Of a stretch of 64,000 nucleotides of DNA, positions 56,415-64,000 are shown piece by piece. How positions within the stretch are numbered: the first letter of the stretch is position 1; each line of letters starts with the position of its first letter. The translations under genes and the position numbers were made by a program. The notes below the pieces were generated by a model. The model was not told where the DNA came from. It made no database searches and worked only from the letters and a program-made list of their open reading frames with translations. Source of the DNA: Minisyncoccia bacterium (GTDB taxonomy: Bacteria > Patescibacteriota > Minisyncoccia > Phycocordibacterales > UBA5272); contig JBBSJU010000003.1 of NCBI GenBank assembly GCA_038256975.1, positions 4,807 through 68,806 on the forward strand, given 5' to 3'.

Positions 56415-57518
56415 TTAAATTAGACGGGTTATATCTTGCCAAGTAACAAACACCATGAGAAGCAAAAGTAGCCCGAAACCAATAGTATTTGTCCAGGCCT
56501 GAAGCGCAAGCGGGAGTGGACGACGAATAACGCTTTCAATGGCGACAAATAAAATACGACCACCGTCGAGCGCAGGAAATGGAATTAAGTTAAGAATCGC
56601 AAGATTGATTGAAATAATCGCAGCGAAGGTGAAAAGCGCCGCCACTCCGAACACTCGAACTTGATCAACAACACCAACAATGCCAATAGGCCCAGTGAGT
56701 TCTTGTACTCCACCATGACCAGTAAATAAACCTTTAACAAGTCCCACAAAAGCATCTGCGGTAAGAACGGTATATGAAGCGGTTGTTTTCGCCCCTTGCC
56801 ATAATGCCTTGTGTAGCGGAAGATCGAGTACTCCCACCCTATCAACAGTAAGACCAATGATTTTCTTGTCCGATCCAACATACGCACTTGGAGTAATCAA
56901 TTTGTATGTCACCACACCTTCACCCTTCTTTTGATATCCAATAGTCATTTCTGCATCTTGATGTGAAGCAACAAAATCACTTACTTCTTTACCACTTTTT
57001 GGTTCAATAAACTCTTTGAATGTCGCAAGAGAGACGAGTGAATCTCCTGGCTCAATTCCAAGAACGTCTGCGGGTGAAGATTTTGCAACATTTAAAATCG
57101 CCGTGCGCTCATTTTGGACCTGTATATTTTTGGGCACTGCGGTTACTGAAGTTTCTGCTCCAATAATATATGCCCCTGAAAAGAGGACCCACGCAAAAAT
57201 AAGATTCATGGTGATTCCAGCCAAAAGCACCGCCGCTTGAATGTACCGAGGCTTGTGAGCAAAACTTCTTTTTCTATCAACGCCATCTGTTGCTTCACTT
57301 GGATCTTCACCGTAAATCTTTACGTATCCTCCAATAGGAAGAAGATTCACCCGATACTCTGTTTCGCCAAATTTTTTACCGAAGAGTTTTGGTGGAAAAC
57401 CAAATGCAAATTCATCCACACGAATACCTGCCCACTTTGCCACAATGAAATGTCCAAACTCGTGAACAACAACCAAGAAGATGAGGATTGCGAAAAAGAT
57501 AAGAGTTGAAATAAACAT
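56415..57518 (-). CDS. rseP: RIP metalloprotease RseP (site-2 protease, M50)
   Basis: HEFGHF zinc motif in the first TM. PDZ domain. LDGG motif near the C-terminus. Confidence 0.85.
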   Translation of the reverse strand: MFISTLIFFAILIFLVVVHEFGHFIVAKWAGIRVDEFAFGFPPKLFGKKFGETEYRVNLLPIGGYVKIYGEDPSEATDGVDRKRSFAHKPRYIQAAVLLAGITMNLIFAWVLFSGAYIIGAETSVTAVPKNIQVQNERTAILNVAKSSPADVLGIEPGDSLVSLATFKEFIEPKSGKEVSDFVASHQDAEMTIGYQKKGEGVVTYKLITPSAYVGSDKKIIGLTVDRVGVLDLPLHKALWQGAKTTASYTVLTADAFVGLVKGLFTGHGGVQELTGPIGIVGVVDQVRVFGVAALFTFAAIISINLAILNLIPFPALDGGRILFVAIESVIRRPLPLALQAWTNTIGFGLLLLLMVFVTWQDITRLI

Positions 57519-57527
57519 ATAAAAAAA

Positions 57528-58067
57528 TTAATTCATTACTTCTGCTTCTTTTTTAGTAAACACATCTTCAAGAAGACCATTATACTCATCCACCTTTTTC
57601 TGAAGTTCGTCAGATGCTCGCTTTGCATCATCTTCGGGAAGATTTTGTGCCTCAATATCTTTTTGCGTCTCTTGCCGCAACATACGCACCTTCACTCGTC
57701 CATCTTCTAGGCGATCTTTGAGCACCTTCACCAGCTGTGCGCGGCGCTCAGTGGTTAATTGAGGAAAAAAGATGCGTAACCCACCATCATCAACAGAAAC
57801 AGAAAGTCCGAGATCAGCATCATACAGAGCCTTTTCGATTATTTTTACCTGAGACTTATCCCAAGGAGCCACACGAAGTGTGCGGGGGTCTTCAATAGTC
57901 ACAGAAGCCACATGTGGAATAGCGGTGCGAGAGCCATAACTTTCAACACTTACCAAGTCTAAAATTGCTGGAGTAGCTCGACCTGTAGAAATGCCTGTGT
58001 ACTCACGCTTAAGCCACTCAATAACTTCTTTCCCCTGTGTACTAAAATCTGAAAATGAATATGCCAT
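57528..58067 (-). CDS. frr: ribosome recycling factor
   Basis: Typical 179-aa Frr with conserved REYTGISTGRATPAILD-like block. Confidence 0.9.
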   Translation of the reverse strand: MAYSFSDFSTQGKEVIEWLKREYTGISTGRATPAILDLVSVESYGSRTAIPHVASVTIEDPRTLRVAPWDKSQVKIIEKALYDADLGLSVSVDDGGLRIFFPQLTTERRAQLVKVLKDRLEDGRVKVRMLRQETQKDIEAQNLPEDDAKRASDELQKKVDEYNGLLEDVFTKKEAEVMN

Positions 58068-58117
58068 ATTTGTATCTCCTTACTATACACGGGTTTATGA
58101 GCGCAGAAAAGACCGCC

Positions 58118-58156
58118 TACAAAAACAAAACTGCTCCTCTTTGTAGACGAGGAGCA
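58118..58156 (-). terminator. rho-independent terminator after the GC-rich cassette gene
   Basis: ctgctcctc-tttgtaga-gaggagcag: 9-bp stem. On the minus strand it is followed by ttttgtttttgtagg. Confidence 0.5.
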
Positions 58157-58177
58157 GTGTGCAAAAATGAGATAGGT

Positions 58178-58636
58178 TCAGGTCGGCACCCATTCGAACC
58201 CTGAAAAACGAGCTGCGGGATGGCAGTTTCGAAAAACATTGACGAGCGGGTACCAACCTATAGTTATTTCTCGTCCAGTATTACCAAGACCAGGGACATG
58301 AAAAGCGCCCCCTTCAAATTTAACAACAGATTTCCAAAGGAACAGAGTGTCGCCTCCCAGAAAATCACGAATAGGTTTACTGTTAATCTTCGTAATTTCT
58401 TCGCCATCACGAAGATTCAAGCACGTTTTCAGAAGATCACTCCTCTTCAAGTGGGTATACACCTCCGTGCCCGTTGTCTTGCCTTCCCCATATTGTGCCT
58501 CGAGTAGGTATTTTTCTACAGCACTGAATTCATACTCAGACGAACCAGCTGATTCGAGGTCAAGGTGAACCACGACTCGAACGTCTTTGGGGTAGATGGG
58601 CCTGACTAAACGATTAACAACAATGCCGATGTCCAT
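58178..58636 (-). CDS. hypothetical protein (152 aa) in a ~50%-GC cassette inserted between holB and frr
   Basis: Start ATG 58636 with SD GGAGAA and a 6-nt spacer. The track ORF extends to 58699. GC is well above background. No motif recognised. Confidence 0.45.
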   Translation of the reverse strand: MDIGIVVNRLVRPIYPKDVRVVVHLDLESAGSSEYEFSAVEKYLLEAQYGEGKTTGTEVYTHLKRSDLLKTCLNLRDGEEITKINSKPIRDFLGGDTLFLWKSVVKFEGGAFHVPGLGNTGREITIGWYPLVNVFRNCHPAARFSGFEWVPT

Positions 58637-58683
58637 GAATATTCTCCGAATTCTTCTGTGGAGCTTACTGTGAAATACAGTAA

Positions 58684-58743
58684 TTTGCCACAGCCTCAAA
58701 AATTCAAATTATGGCAGAATTTGAATACTGGAAGCTGTGGCAA
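58684..58743. repeat. nested imperfect palindrome (tttgccacagc ... gctgtggcaaa with inner aattcaaatt/aatttgaat arms) upstream of the cassette gene
   Basis: Direct inspection. ~60-bp cruciform-capable element in the 58637..58782 intergenic region. Confidence 0.4.
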
Positions 58744-58782
58744 ACCTTGAGTTAAAGAACTTTCTATCTTTAAGATACAAGC

Positions 58783-59481
58783 TTATTTATCTTTGTCAAG
58801 AACAGGAAGTTGTAGACACACATACTCTACAAGCATCTTAATGGACGCACCTTGGTCGTATGTATATGGTGTGACTGTGGTAAGAACTTGGACCGCTCCC
58901 TTTCTTTTTTCGGAAGAATACAAACTCTGAAGCACGGCTTGTGTCAGATTATTAAAAAATTCATTCACTTTCTCTTTACTTGGCTTTTGCAGACCTGTTT
59001 TAAGAAGTGTTGTAACTTCTTTTTCTAGAAGCCGAGCATGCGGTGGTAATTGGAGCAACGAATCATCATATATCTTTTCTTTGGCAGGTATGCGATAAAC
59101 AACTGCACGTGAAATAATGGTCGGCAGGAGAACACTCACGTCTTTTACGATTAAAATTATTTGCGTATTGCCGCTTGGTTCTTCAAATGTTTTTAAAAGT
59201 GCGTTTTGAGAAATAATTGGAAAGATTGTTGGTGTCAATACTAAAAGTTTACTCACACGATATTGCGGCATACCATCTGTCCATTCTTTTATTTCTCGTG
59301 CAGTCTCAATGGAGAGAGAATCGACTGCACGCACAGAGATGTCTCCGTGACTTTCTACGTCTATACTTTCTGTATCTTTAAAGAAGTTTGTAATAGATAC
59401 AAAAACGTCCTGTGTATTCCCCACAAGAATAAGTGTCTGGAATGGTTGTTTTAAAATGTGAGCAAGGAGAATGTTCTCCAT
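58783..59481 (-). CDS. holB: DNA polymerase III delta-prime-like clamp-loader subunit (no Walker A)
   Basis: QNALLKTFEEPSGNTQIILI sensor-1/SRC region, characteristic of clamp-loader subunits. Short at 232 aa and lacks a P-loop. Confidence 0.65.
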   Translation of the reverse strand: MENILLAHILKQPFQTLILVGNTQDVFVSITNFFKDTESIDVESHGDISVRAVDSLSIETAREIKEWTDGMPQYRVSKLLVLTPTIFPIISQNALLKTFEEPSGNTQIILIVKDVSVLLPTIISRAVVYRIPAKEKIYDDSLLQLPPHARLLEKEVTTLLKTGLQKPSKEKVNEFFNNLTQAVLQSLYSSEKRKGAVQVLTTVTPYTYDQGASIKMLVEYVCLQLPVLDKDK

Positions 59482-59484
59482 ATA

Positions 59485-60498
59485 TTAACGTTTTGCAATA
59501 ATACTCTTCTTATAGAGATCGAGATGGTCAAGTGCGATACCAGTGCCTTTTGCTACACAGTACAATGCGTCTTCAGCCAGCGTTGCCTTCACACCTGTTT
59601 TACGTTCAATAAGAAGTGGTAGATTACGCAAGAGTGAAGATCCTCCAGACATAATAATGCCGTTGTCGATAATGTCTGAGGCAAGCTCAGGAGGAGTTTC
59701 TTGAAAGACATCTTTTATGGCTTTTATAATAAGACGCAGTTCACGTTCAACCGCTTTTACCATTTCATTTGTGGTAATGGTTACGCTTCGAGGAAGGCCT
59801 GTAACATGGTCACGACCTTTGATAGACATACTGAGCTCTTCGTTGAGTGGGAGGGCGCTTCCAACATGAATTTTTATATCCTCGGCTGTTTTGTCGCCAA
59901 TAGCGAGATTATATGTCTTCTTTACGTGATCTACGATTGCTTGGTCTATTTTATTTCCAGCACATTTTACTGATGTTGATGCCACAATGCCACCGAGTGA
60001 GATTACCGCAACGTCTGTGGTTCCCCCACCAATATCTACAATCATTCTTCCTTTTGGTTCATGAATGGGGATGCCGGCACCAATTGCGGCCAAAATAGGC
60101 TCCTTTACTACGTAGGCATTTTTAGCACCTGCTTTTATCGCAGCTTCCACCACCGCACGGCGCTCTGTCGAGGTAATTCCTGCTGGCACTGATACCATCA
60201 CTTCAGGCTTTACAATCACCCATTTGCCGAGCGCCTTATTTATAAAATAACGAAGCATTGCTTCTGTAACTTTGTAGTCTGCAATAACACCGTCTTTCAT
60301 AGGACGATATGCAACGATTGAGTCCGGTGTCTTACCGATCATTTCTTTTGCTTCAAGCCCCACCGCAAGCACCTGCTTCCCTTCTTCAGAAATAGCAACA
60401 ACTGAGGGCTCATTTAATACGACCCCTTTACCCGGTACAAACACAAGTGTGTTGGCAGTTCCCAAATCTATCCCGAGCTTTTTCTTAAAAATTGACAT
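59485..60498 (-). CDS. mbl: MreB/Mbl-family actin homolog (second paralog)
   Basis: GIDLGTANTLVFVPGKGVVLNEPSVVAI. Full actin-fold motifs. 337 aa. Distinct from mreB at 54061..55110. Confidence 0.85.
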   Translation of the reverse strand: MSIFKKKLGIDLGTANTLVFVPGKGVVLNEPSVVAISEEGKQVLAVGLEAKEMIGKTPDSIVAYRPMKDGVIADYKVTEAMLRYFINKALGKWVIVKPEVMVSVPAGITSTERRAVVEAAIKAGAKNAYVVKEPILAAIGAGIPIHEPKGRMIVDIGGGTTDVAVISLGGIVASTSVKCAGNKIDQAIVDHVKKTYNLAIGDKTAEDIKIHVGSALPLNEELSMSIKGRDHVTGLPRSVTITTNEMVKAVERELRLIIKAIKDVFQETPPELASDIIDNGIIMSGGSSLLRNLPLLIERKTGVKATLAEDALYCVAKGTGIALDHLDLYKKSIIAKR

Positions 60499-60517
60499 AT
60501 TGTGTGAAGAAAGAGAT

Positions 60518-61867
60518 TTACTCGGTGTGCCGTGTTATCGAAAGCCCAATAGCCCGCAAACGTTCATCTAAATTCTCATACCCTCTATCTATATTATACA
60601 CATTCCCAATAGTGGATGTTCCTGTCGCAAGTGCCGCAGCAATAACAAAAGCAATGCCTGCACGAAGATCCGGTGATTGCAATTCTTTAGCACGGAGCAC
60701 TGTCTTGCCACGCACAAGAACTTGAAGCGGATTCATGGTTGTAATGTTTGCTCCCATGTTTTGCAATCCTTCTGTATATCTCAATCGATCTTCAAAGATA
60801 GTTTCCCATACCGTACTTTCACCCTTTGCCTGCGTGAGAGCAACCAGCATTGGAGACTGGAGGTCTGTTGGAAAGCCTGGATACTCGTGTGTTTTTATGT
60901 GCACTGGTTTCAAAATTGTTTTCTCATTTCCAAATACACGCACACTATTTTTAGTTGTTTCAAAACGAACACCCATTTCTTTAATATGCTCAAGAAGTGA
61001 CTCAAAGTGTTCTGGTATACAATTTGCAACAGTCACATCTTTTCCTAGGAGTGCCGCAAGAACGACAAAACTCCCAGCTTCTATGCGGTCAGGAATCGTT
61101 ACATACGCTTTTTTTGCAGTCAACGGTTTTCCGTTTGTACCATAGATTGTGAGCGTTGGCGTACCGATTCCGTCTATCTTCACACCAGAATCTTGTAAAA
61201 AGTTTGCCAGTGAAACCACTTCAGGCTCCATGGCTGCATTTCGTAAAACAGTTTTTCCTTTTGCAAGTGATGCGGCCATTAAAACCGTTTCTGTTCCTGT
61301 AACTGAAGGAATACGAAAATGAATATGTCCCCCAACAAGCCCCTTGGGTGCAGAGATGTGATACCGTTCATTTTTATGGGTAATAGTTGCGCCAAGCTTC
61401 TCATAGGCAGTTAAAAACACATCTATAGGCCTTCCACCAAGTACACAACCTCCTGGGTGCGGAAAAGAAACTTTACCATAGCGCGCAAGAAGAGGTCCGG
61501 TAAAAACAACCGACGCTCGAAATTGCTTTGCAATATCAGTTGGCAAATCAGTTATCATTTTCTTTGGCACTGTGATTGTCACATTCCTTTTATTGTCCGA
61601 ATAATGAGTTGCGCCAAGGGATTCTAAAAGTTCATACGAACGATGCACGTCTTCAATCTCTGGCACATTTGAAATAGAGAGTGGGGTCGCAAACAACGGA
61701 CTTGCTGCGAGCACTTTCAAAACCGCGTTTTTTGCTCCAAATACAGGAATAATCCCTTCTAGTTTTCGTTTTCCCGAAAGCCCTTTAATCTTAAATACCC
61801 CGTGTGTCGAGTCAGTCATACTAGAGAGCATATCAAAGTTTTGCGTGAGTCCCAAAAATAAGTACAA
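60518..61867 (-). CDS. murA: UDP-N-acetylglucosamine 1-carboxyvinyltransferase
   Basis: EPT-fold repeats. Catalytic Cys loop region (FPHPGGCVLGGRPID). KIKGLSG N-terminus. Likely start at the internal MLSSMTD. Confidence 0.9.
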   Translation of the reverse strand: MYLFLGLTQNFDMLSSMTDSTHGVFKIKGLSGKRKLEGIIPVFGAKNAVLKVLAASPLFATPLSISNVPEIEDVHRSYELLESLGATHYSDNKRNVTITVPKKMITDLPTDIAKQFRASVVFTGPLLARYGKVSFPHPGGCVLGGRPIDVFLTAYEKLGATITHKNERYHISAPKGLVGGHIHFRIPSVTGTETVLMAASLAKGKTVLRNAAMEPEVVSLANFLQDSGVKIDGIGTPTLTIYGTNGKPLTAKKAYVTIPDRIEAGSFVVLAALLGKDVTVANCIPEHFESLLEHIKEMGVRFETTKNSVRVFGNEKTILKPVHIKTHEYPGFPTDLQSPMLVALTQAKGESTVWETIFEDRLRYTEGLQNMGANITTMNPLQVLVRGKTVLRAKELQSPDLRAGIAFVIAAALATGTSTIGNVYNIDRGYENLDERLRAIGLSITRHTE

Positions 61868-61874
61868 TCGGTGT

Positions 61875-63737
61875 ATGGTACTCCTCCACGTCGCCCTTCT
61901 TACTCATCGAAAAATTCCATCACCGCTCTCATTTTATTCAAAGGATGATGTGTCTGTAGGGGCATTAGTATACGTTACGTTGCGTAAAGAAGAAATGCTT
62001 GGTATCGTTGTCCAAAAAAGTACACTGGCTGAACATAAAGGAGACATTCGCACGCAGACGTTTCAATTAAAAAAAATAAAGAAAAATGACGTTGTTGGAC
62101 ATGTTCCTGAAAAGATTCTTGCCAAGTATATACAGGCGGCAGAAGTGCAAGCTATTCCCTACTCACTTTTTTTTGATGCCGTTATTCCAGAGTCGCTCAA
62201 AAATAATCCTGAGTACGTGCAAAATGCACTCACATACCGACATGAGGAGGGAGAATTAGAGAAAACAATTTCTTACCTTGAAAGCTCTTCTGAGGAACGA
62301 GTCGTGCAATACAAAAGTATTGTGCGTGATATTCTTGCTAAGAAAAGATCCATCCATATCATTGCACCTACAGTTGAACGCGTACTCAAACTTGCATCAT
62401 ATATCGGAAAAGGAATCCAGCACAAAGTAGTTGTACTCCATGGAGAACTCACAAAAAAACAAACTCAGGAAGCTATCACAAAAATATATACTGAGAAAGA
62501 ATATCTGTGTGTCTGCTCAACGCCGCACTTTGCACACATTACCCCAAAAACAATTGATCTCACCATTGTCGACCAGGAATCACATCCGAATTATTATTCT
62601 TTTGATACACCAAGTGTCGACTACATATCACTTTTCAAAACAACGTGGGACACATCACAGGCCAAAACACTTTTTGCAGATACTATTTTACGAATAGAAT
62701 CATACCGAGATTTGGAAGAGAAAAAATACTCTCGGGAATTTTCTATTCACTCACGCTTTTCACACCATGTTCCTATTGAATTATGCACTTTTGAAAAAGA
62801 TGCGCCGTTTAGCACCCTCACAAATCCGGTACGGGAAACAATTACAAAAATGAAGTTATCTGCACACGCATTTTTATATGTTGCTCGCAAAGGAGTCCAC
62901 TCATCTATTCAATGTAGTGATTGTGGTACCGTTGTATTATGTGCCCAGTGCGAAAAGCCAACCACCATTCAAGCGCTTTCGCACAACATACGTGGTTTAC
63001 GTTGTCTCTATTGTGGACACAAAGAAACTTTGCAACAAGATCAAGAAATTATTTGTGGCACATGTGGAAGTTGGAAAATAAAAGGGTACGGAATAACGAC
63101 AAGAACTGTTGCTGAAGAAGTAGAAAAAGTGTTTCCCACTAAAGACGTTTTTGTTCTTGATGGGGACGTTTCGGAAAAAGTGTTCAAAAAAACAATACAT
63201 ACATGGAAAGAATCAGGTGGTATCTTGGTTGGTACCGACGGCGTCCTTCCATATCTTGAACAAAAGTTAGCTGTGGCAGCTATTATTTCGTGTGATTCAT
63301 GGCTTTCGATGCCAGACATAGACACCCATCGAAGGTTGGTGCAAGTGTTGGAACCTATTCTTGAGTACAGCCATAACGCCGTTTTTGTACAAACTCGTAT
63401 TCCAGAAGATCCTCTTTTTGAAATATGTAAAAAAGAAAATATTACCGACTACATTAAAACTGAACTAAAAGAACGTAGGGAGCTCGCTCATGCGCCATAT
63501 ACGACGTTTGTTTTGCTCCGAAAAGAAGGTTCTTTTACTAAAAAAGAAGCTGATTCTCTTGTAGATCTCTTCCCCGCCTGCAAGCCACACATATACAAAG
63601 TACACACTGATATTCGAGTACTTTTGCGAATAACTCACGAACGTTTTATTGAAGACACGGGGCTCCAAAGAAGGCTCCAGGGACTCTATCCGCACGTAAT
63701 CGTAGAGGTAAACCCACAAACCTTATTTAGTAGATAA
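61875..63737 (+). CDS. priA: primosomal protein N' (PriA) homolog with degenerate helicase Walker A/B motifs
   Basis: PriA-type Cys4 Zn-finger insert (CSDCGTVVLCAQC...CLYCGH...CGTCGS) and a C-terminal domain. The expected GxGKT is replaced (YKSIVRDIL...IHIIAPT). DExH is replaced by VDQESH. Start uncertain: track ORF begins at 61845, internal ATG at 61875. Confidence 0.6.
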   Translation: MVLLHVALLTHRKIPSPLSFYSKDDVSVGALVYVTLRKEEMLGIVVQKSTLAEHKGDIRTQTFQLKKIKKNDVVGHVPEKILAKYIQAAEVQAIPYSLFFDAVIPESLKNNPEYVQNALTYRHEEGELEKTISYLESSSEERVVQYKSIVRDILAKKRSIHIIAPTVERVLKLASYIGKGIQHKVVVLHGELTKKQTQEAITKIYTEKEYLCVCSTPHFAHITPKTIDLTIVDQESHPNYYSFDTPSVDYISLFKTTWDTSQAKTLFADTILRIESYRDLEEKKYSREFSIHSRFSHHVPIELCTFEKDAPFSTLTNPVRETITKMKLSAHAFLYVARKGVHSSIQCSDCGTVVLCAQCEKPTTIQALSHNIRGLRCLYCGHKETLQQDQEIICGTCGSWKIKGYGITTRTVAEEVEKVFPTKDVFVLDGDVSEKVFKKTIHTWKESGGILVGTDGVLPYLEQKLAVAAIISCDSWLSMPDIDTHRRLVQVLEPILEYSHNAVFVQTRIPEDPLFEICKKENITDYIKTELKERRELAHAPYTTFVLLRKEGSFTKKEADSLVDLFPACKPHIYKVHTDIRVLLRITHERFIEDTGLQRRLQGLYPHVIVEVNPQTLFSR

Positions 63738-64000
63738 AGATGCGAGACAGGCAGATAAAAGCTCTGTGGGCTGCATACCGATGGCGCGTAGCGTATCTGG
63801 GATTATTTCTTTCGTAAAATCTCGAACTGGCACAGCGTGCATAAGGTACAGTCCCTTTGGTGTGTGTGTAAGCTCAACATGCAGAGTTGGAAAGGTTGAA
63901 TAGTGACCAAAGAGGTTTTCTAATTTTGCAATTATATTTTCTTTAATTTGATGCGAAAGTGAAGATGAAGAAAGTCTAACACCTGAAGGGTGACTTATTT
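63724..64000 (-). CDS. hypothetical protein, C-terminal fragment (N-terminus beyond the window edge)
   Basis: 91-codon stop-free minus-strand frame ending ...DFTKEIIPDTLRAIGMQPTELLSACLASLSTK* at 63724. Overlaps the priA stop by 14 nt. Confidence 0.3.

Noticed and set aside
58684-58743. Integron attC site next to the GC-rich cassette
   Set aside because: It is an imperfect palindrome of about the right length, but the R''/R' core sites (RYYYAAC / GTTRRRY) are not convincingly present. No intI nearby.

Overview
Low-GC (~37%) bacterial window with compact, mostly minus-strand genes. Truncated AlaRS, no obvious Shine-Dalgarno on many genes and -10 boxes close to start codons suggest a reduced-genome CPR/Patescibacteria-like lineage (inference). 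Most content is housekeeping: tRNA synthetases alaS, leuS, lysS and proS; DNA repair uvrA and uvrB; a cell-wall/division block murF-ftsI-ftsL-rsmH-mraZ; mrdA-mreC-mreB plus a second mreB; murA, murD, def, fmt, folD, ychF, mnmA, greA, frr, rseP, hpf, rmuC; and two tRNAs, Ala-UGC and Glu-CUC. Several things stand apart from that background. (1) A 3.3-kb accessory islet sits immediately 3' of tRNA-Glu. It begins with an inverted, hairpin-interrupted copy of the tRNA 3' end and holds three unknown genes: a possible PD-(D/E)xK-like protein, an Rx4H HEPN-like protein, and a 54%-GC gene with a consensus promoter overlapped by a palindromic operator. This is the best candidate for an undescribed defence or toxin module. 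(2) LeuRS carries a perfect Nudix box insertion. (3) A PP-loop ATP-pyrophosphatase-like gene overlaps a MurD-like ligase, which may be a MurD2/MurL-type or AsnB-type muropeptide-modifying pair. (4) Small GC-rich cassettes with their own SD and terminators flank uvrB and sit between holB and frr. (5) An L,D-transpeptidase is fused to a catalytically degenerate PBP5-like domain. (6) A sigma70 region-4 plus HARE-HTH protein, a CHASE2-adenylate cyclase beside a FecR-domain protein, and a PriA homolog with degenerate Walker motifs are also present. No rRNA and no CRISPR array were seen.
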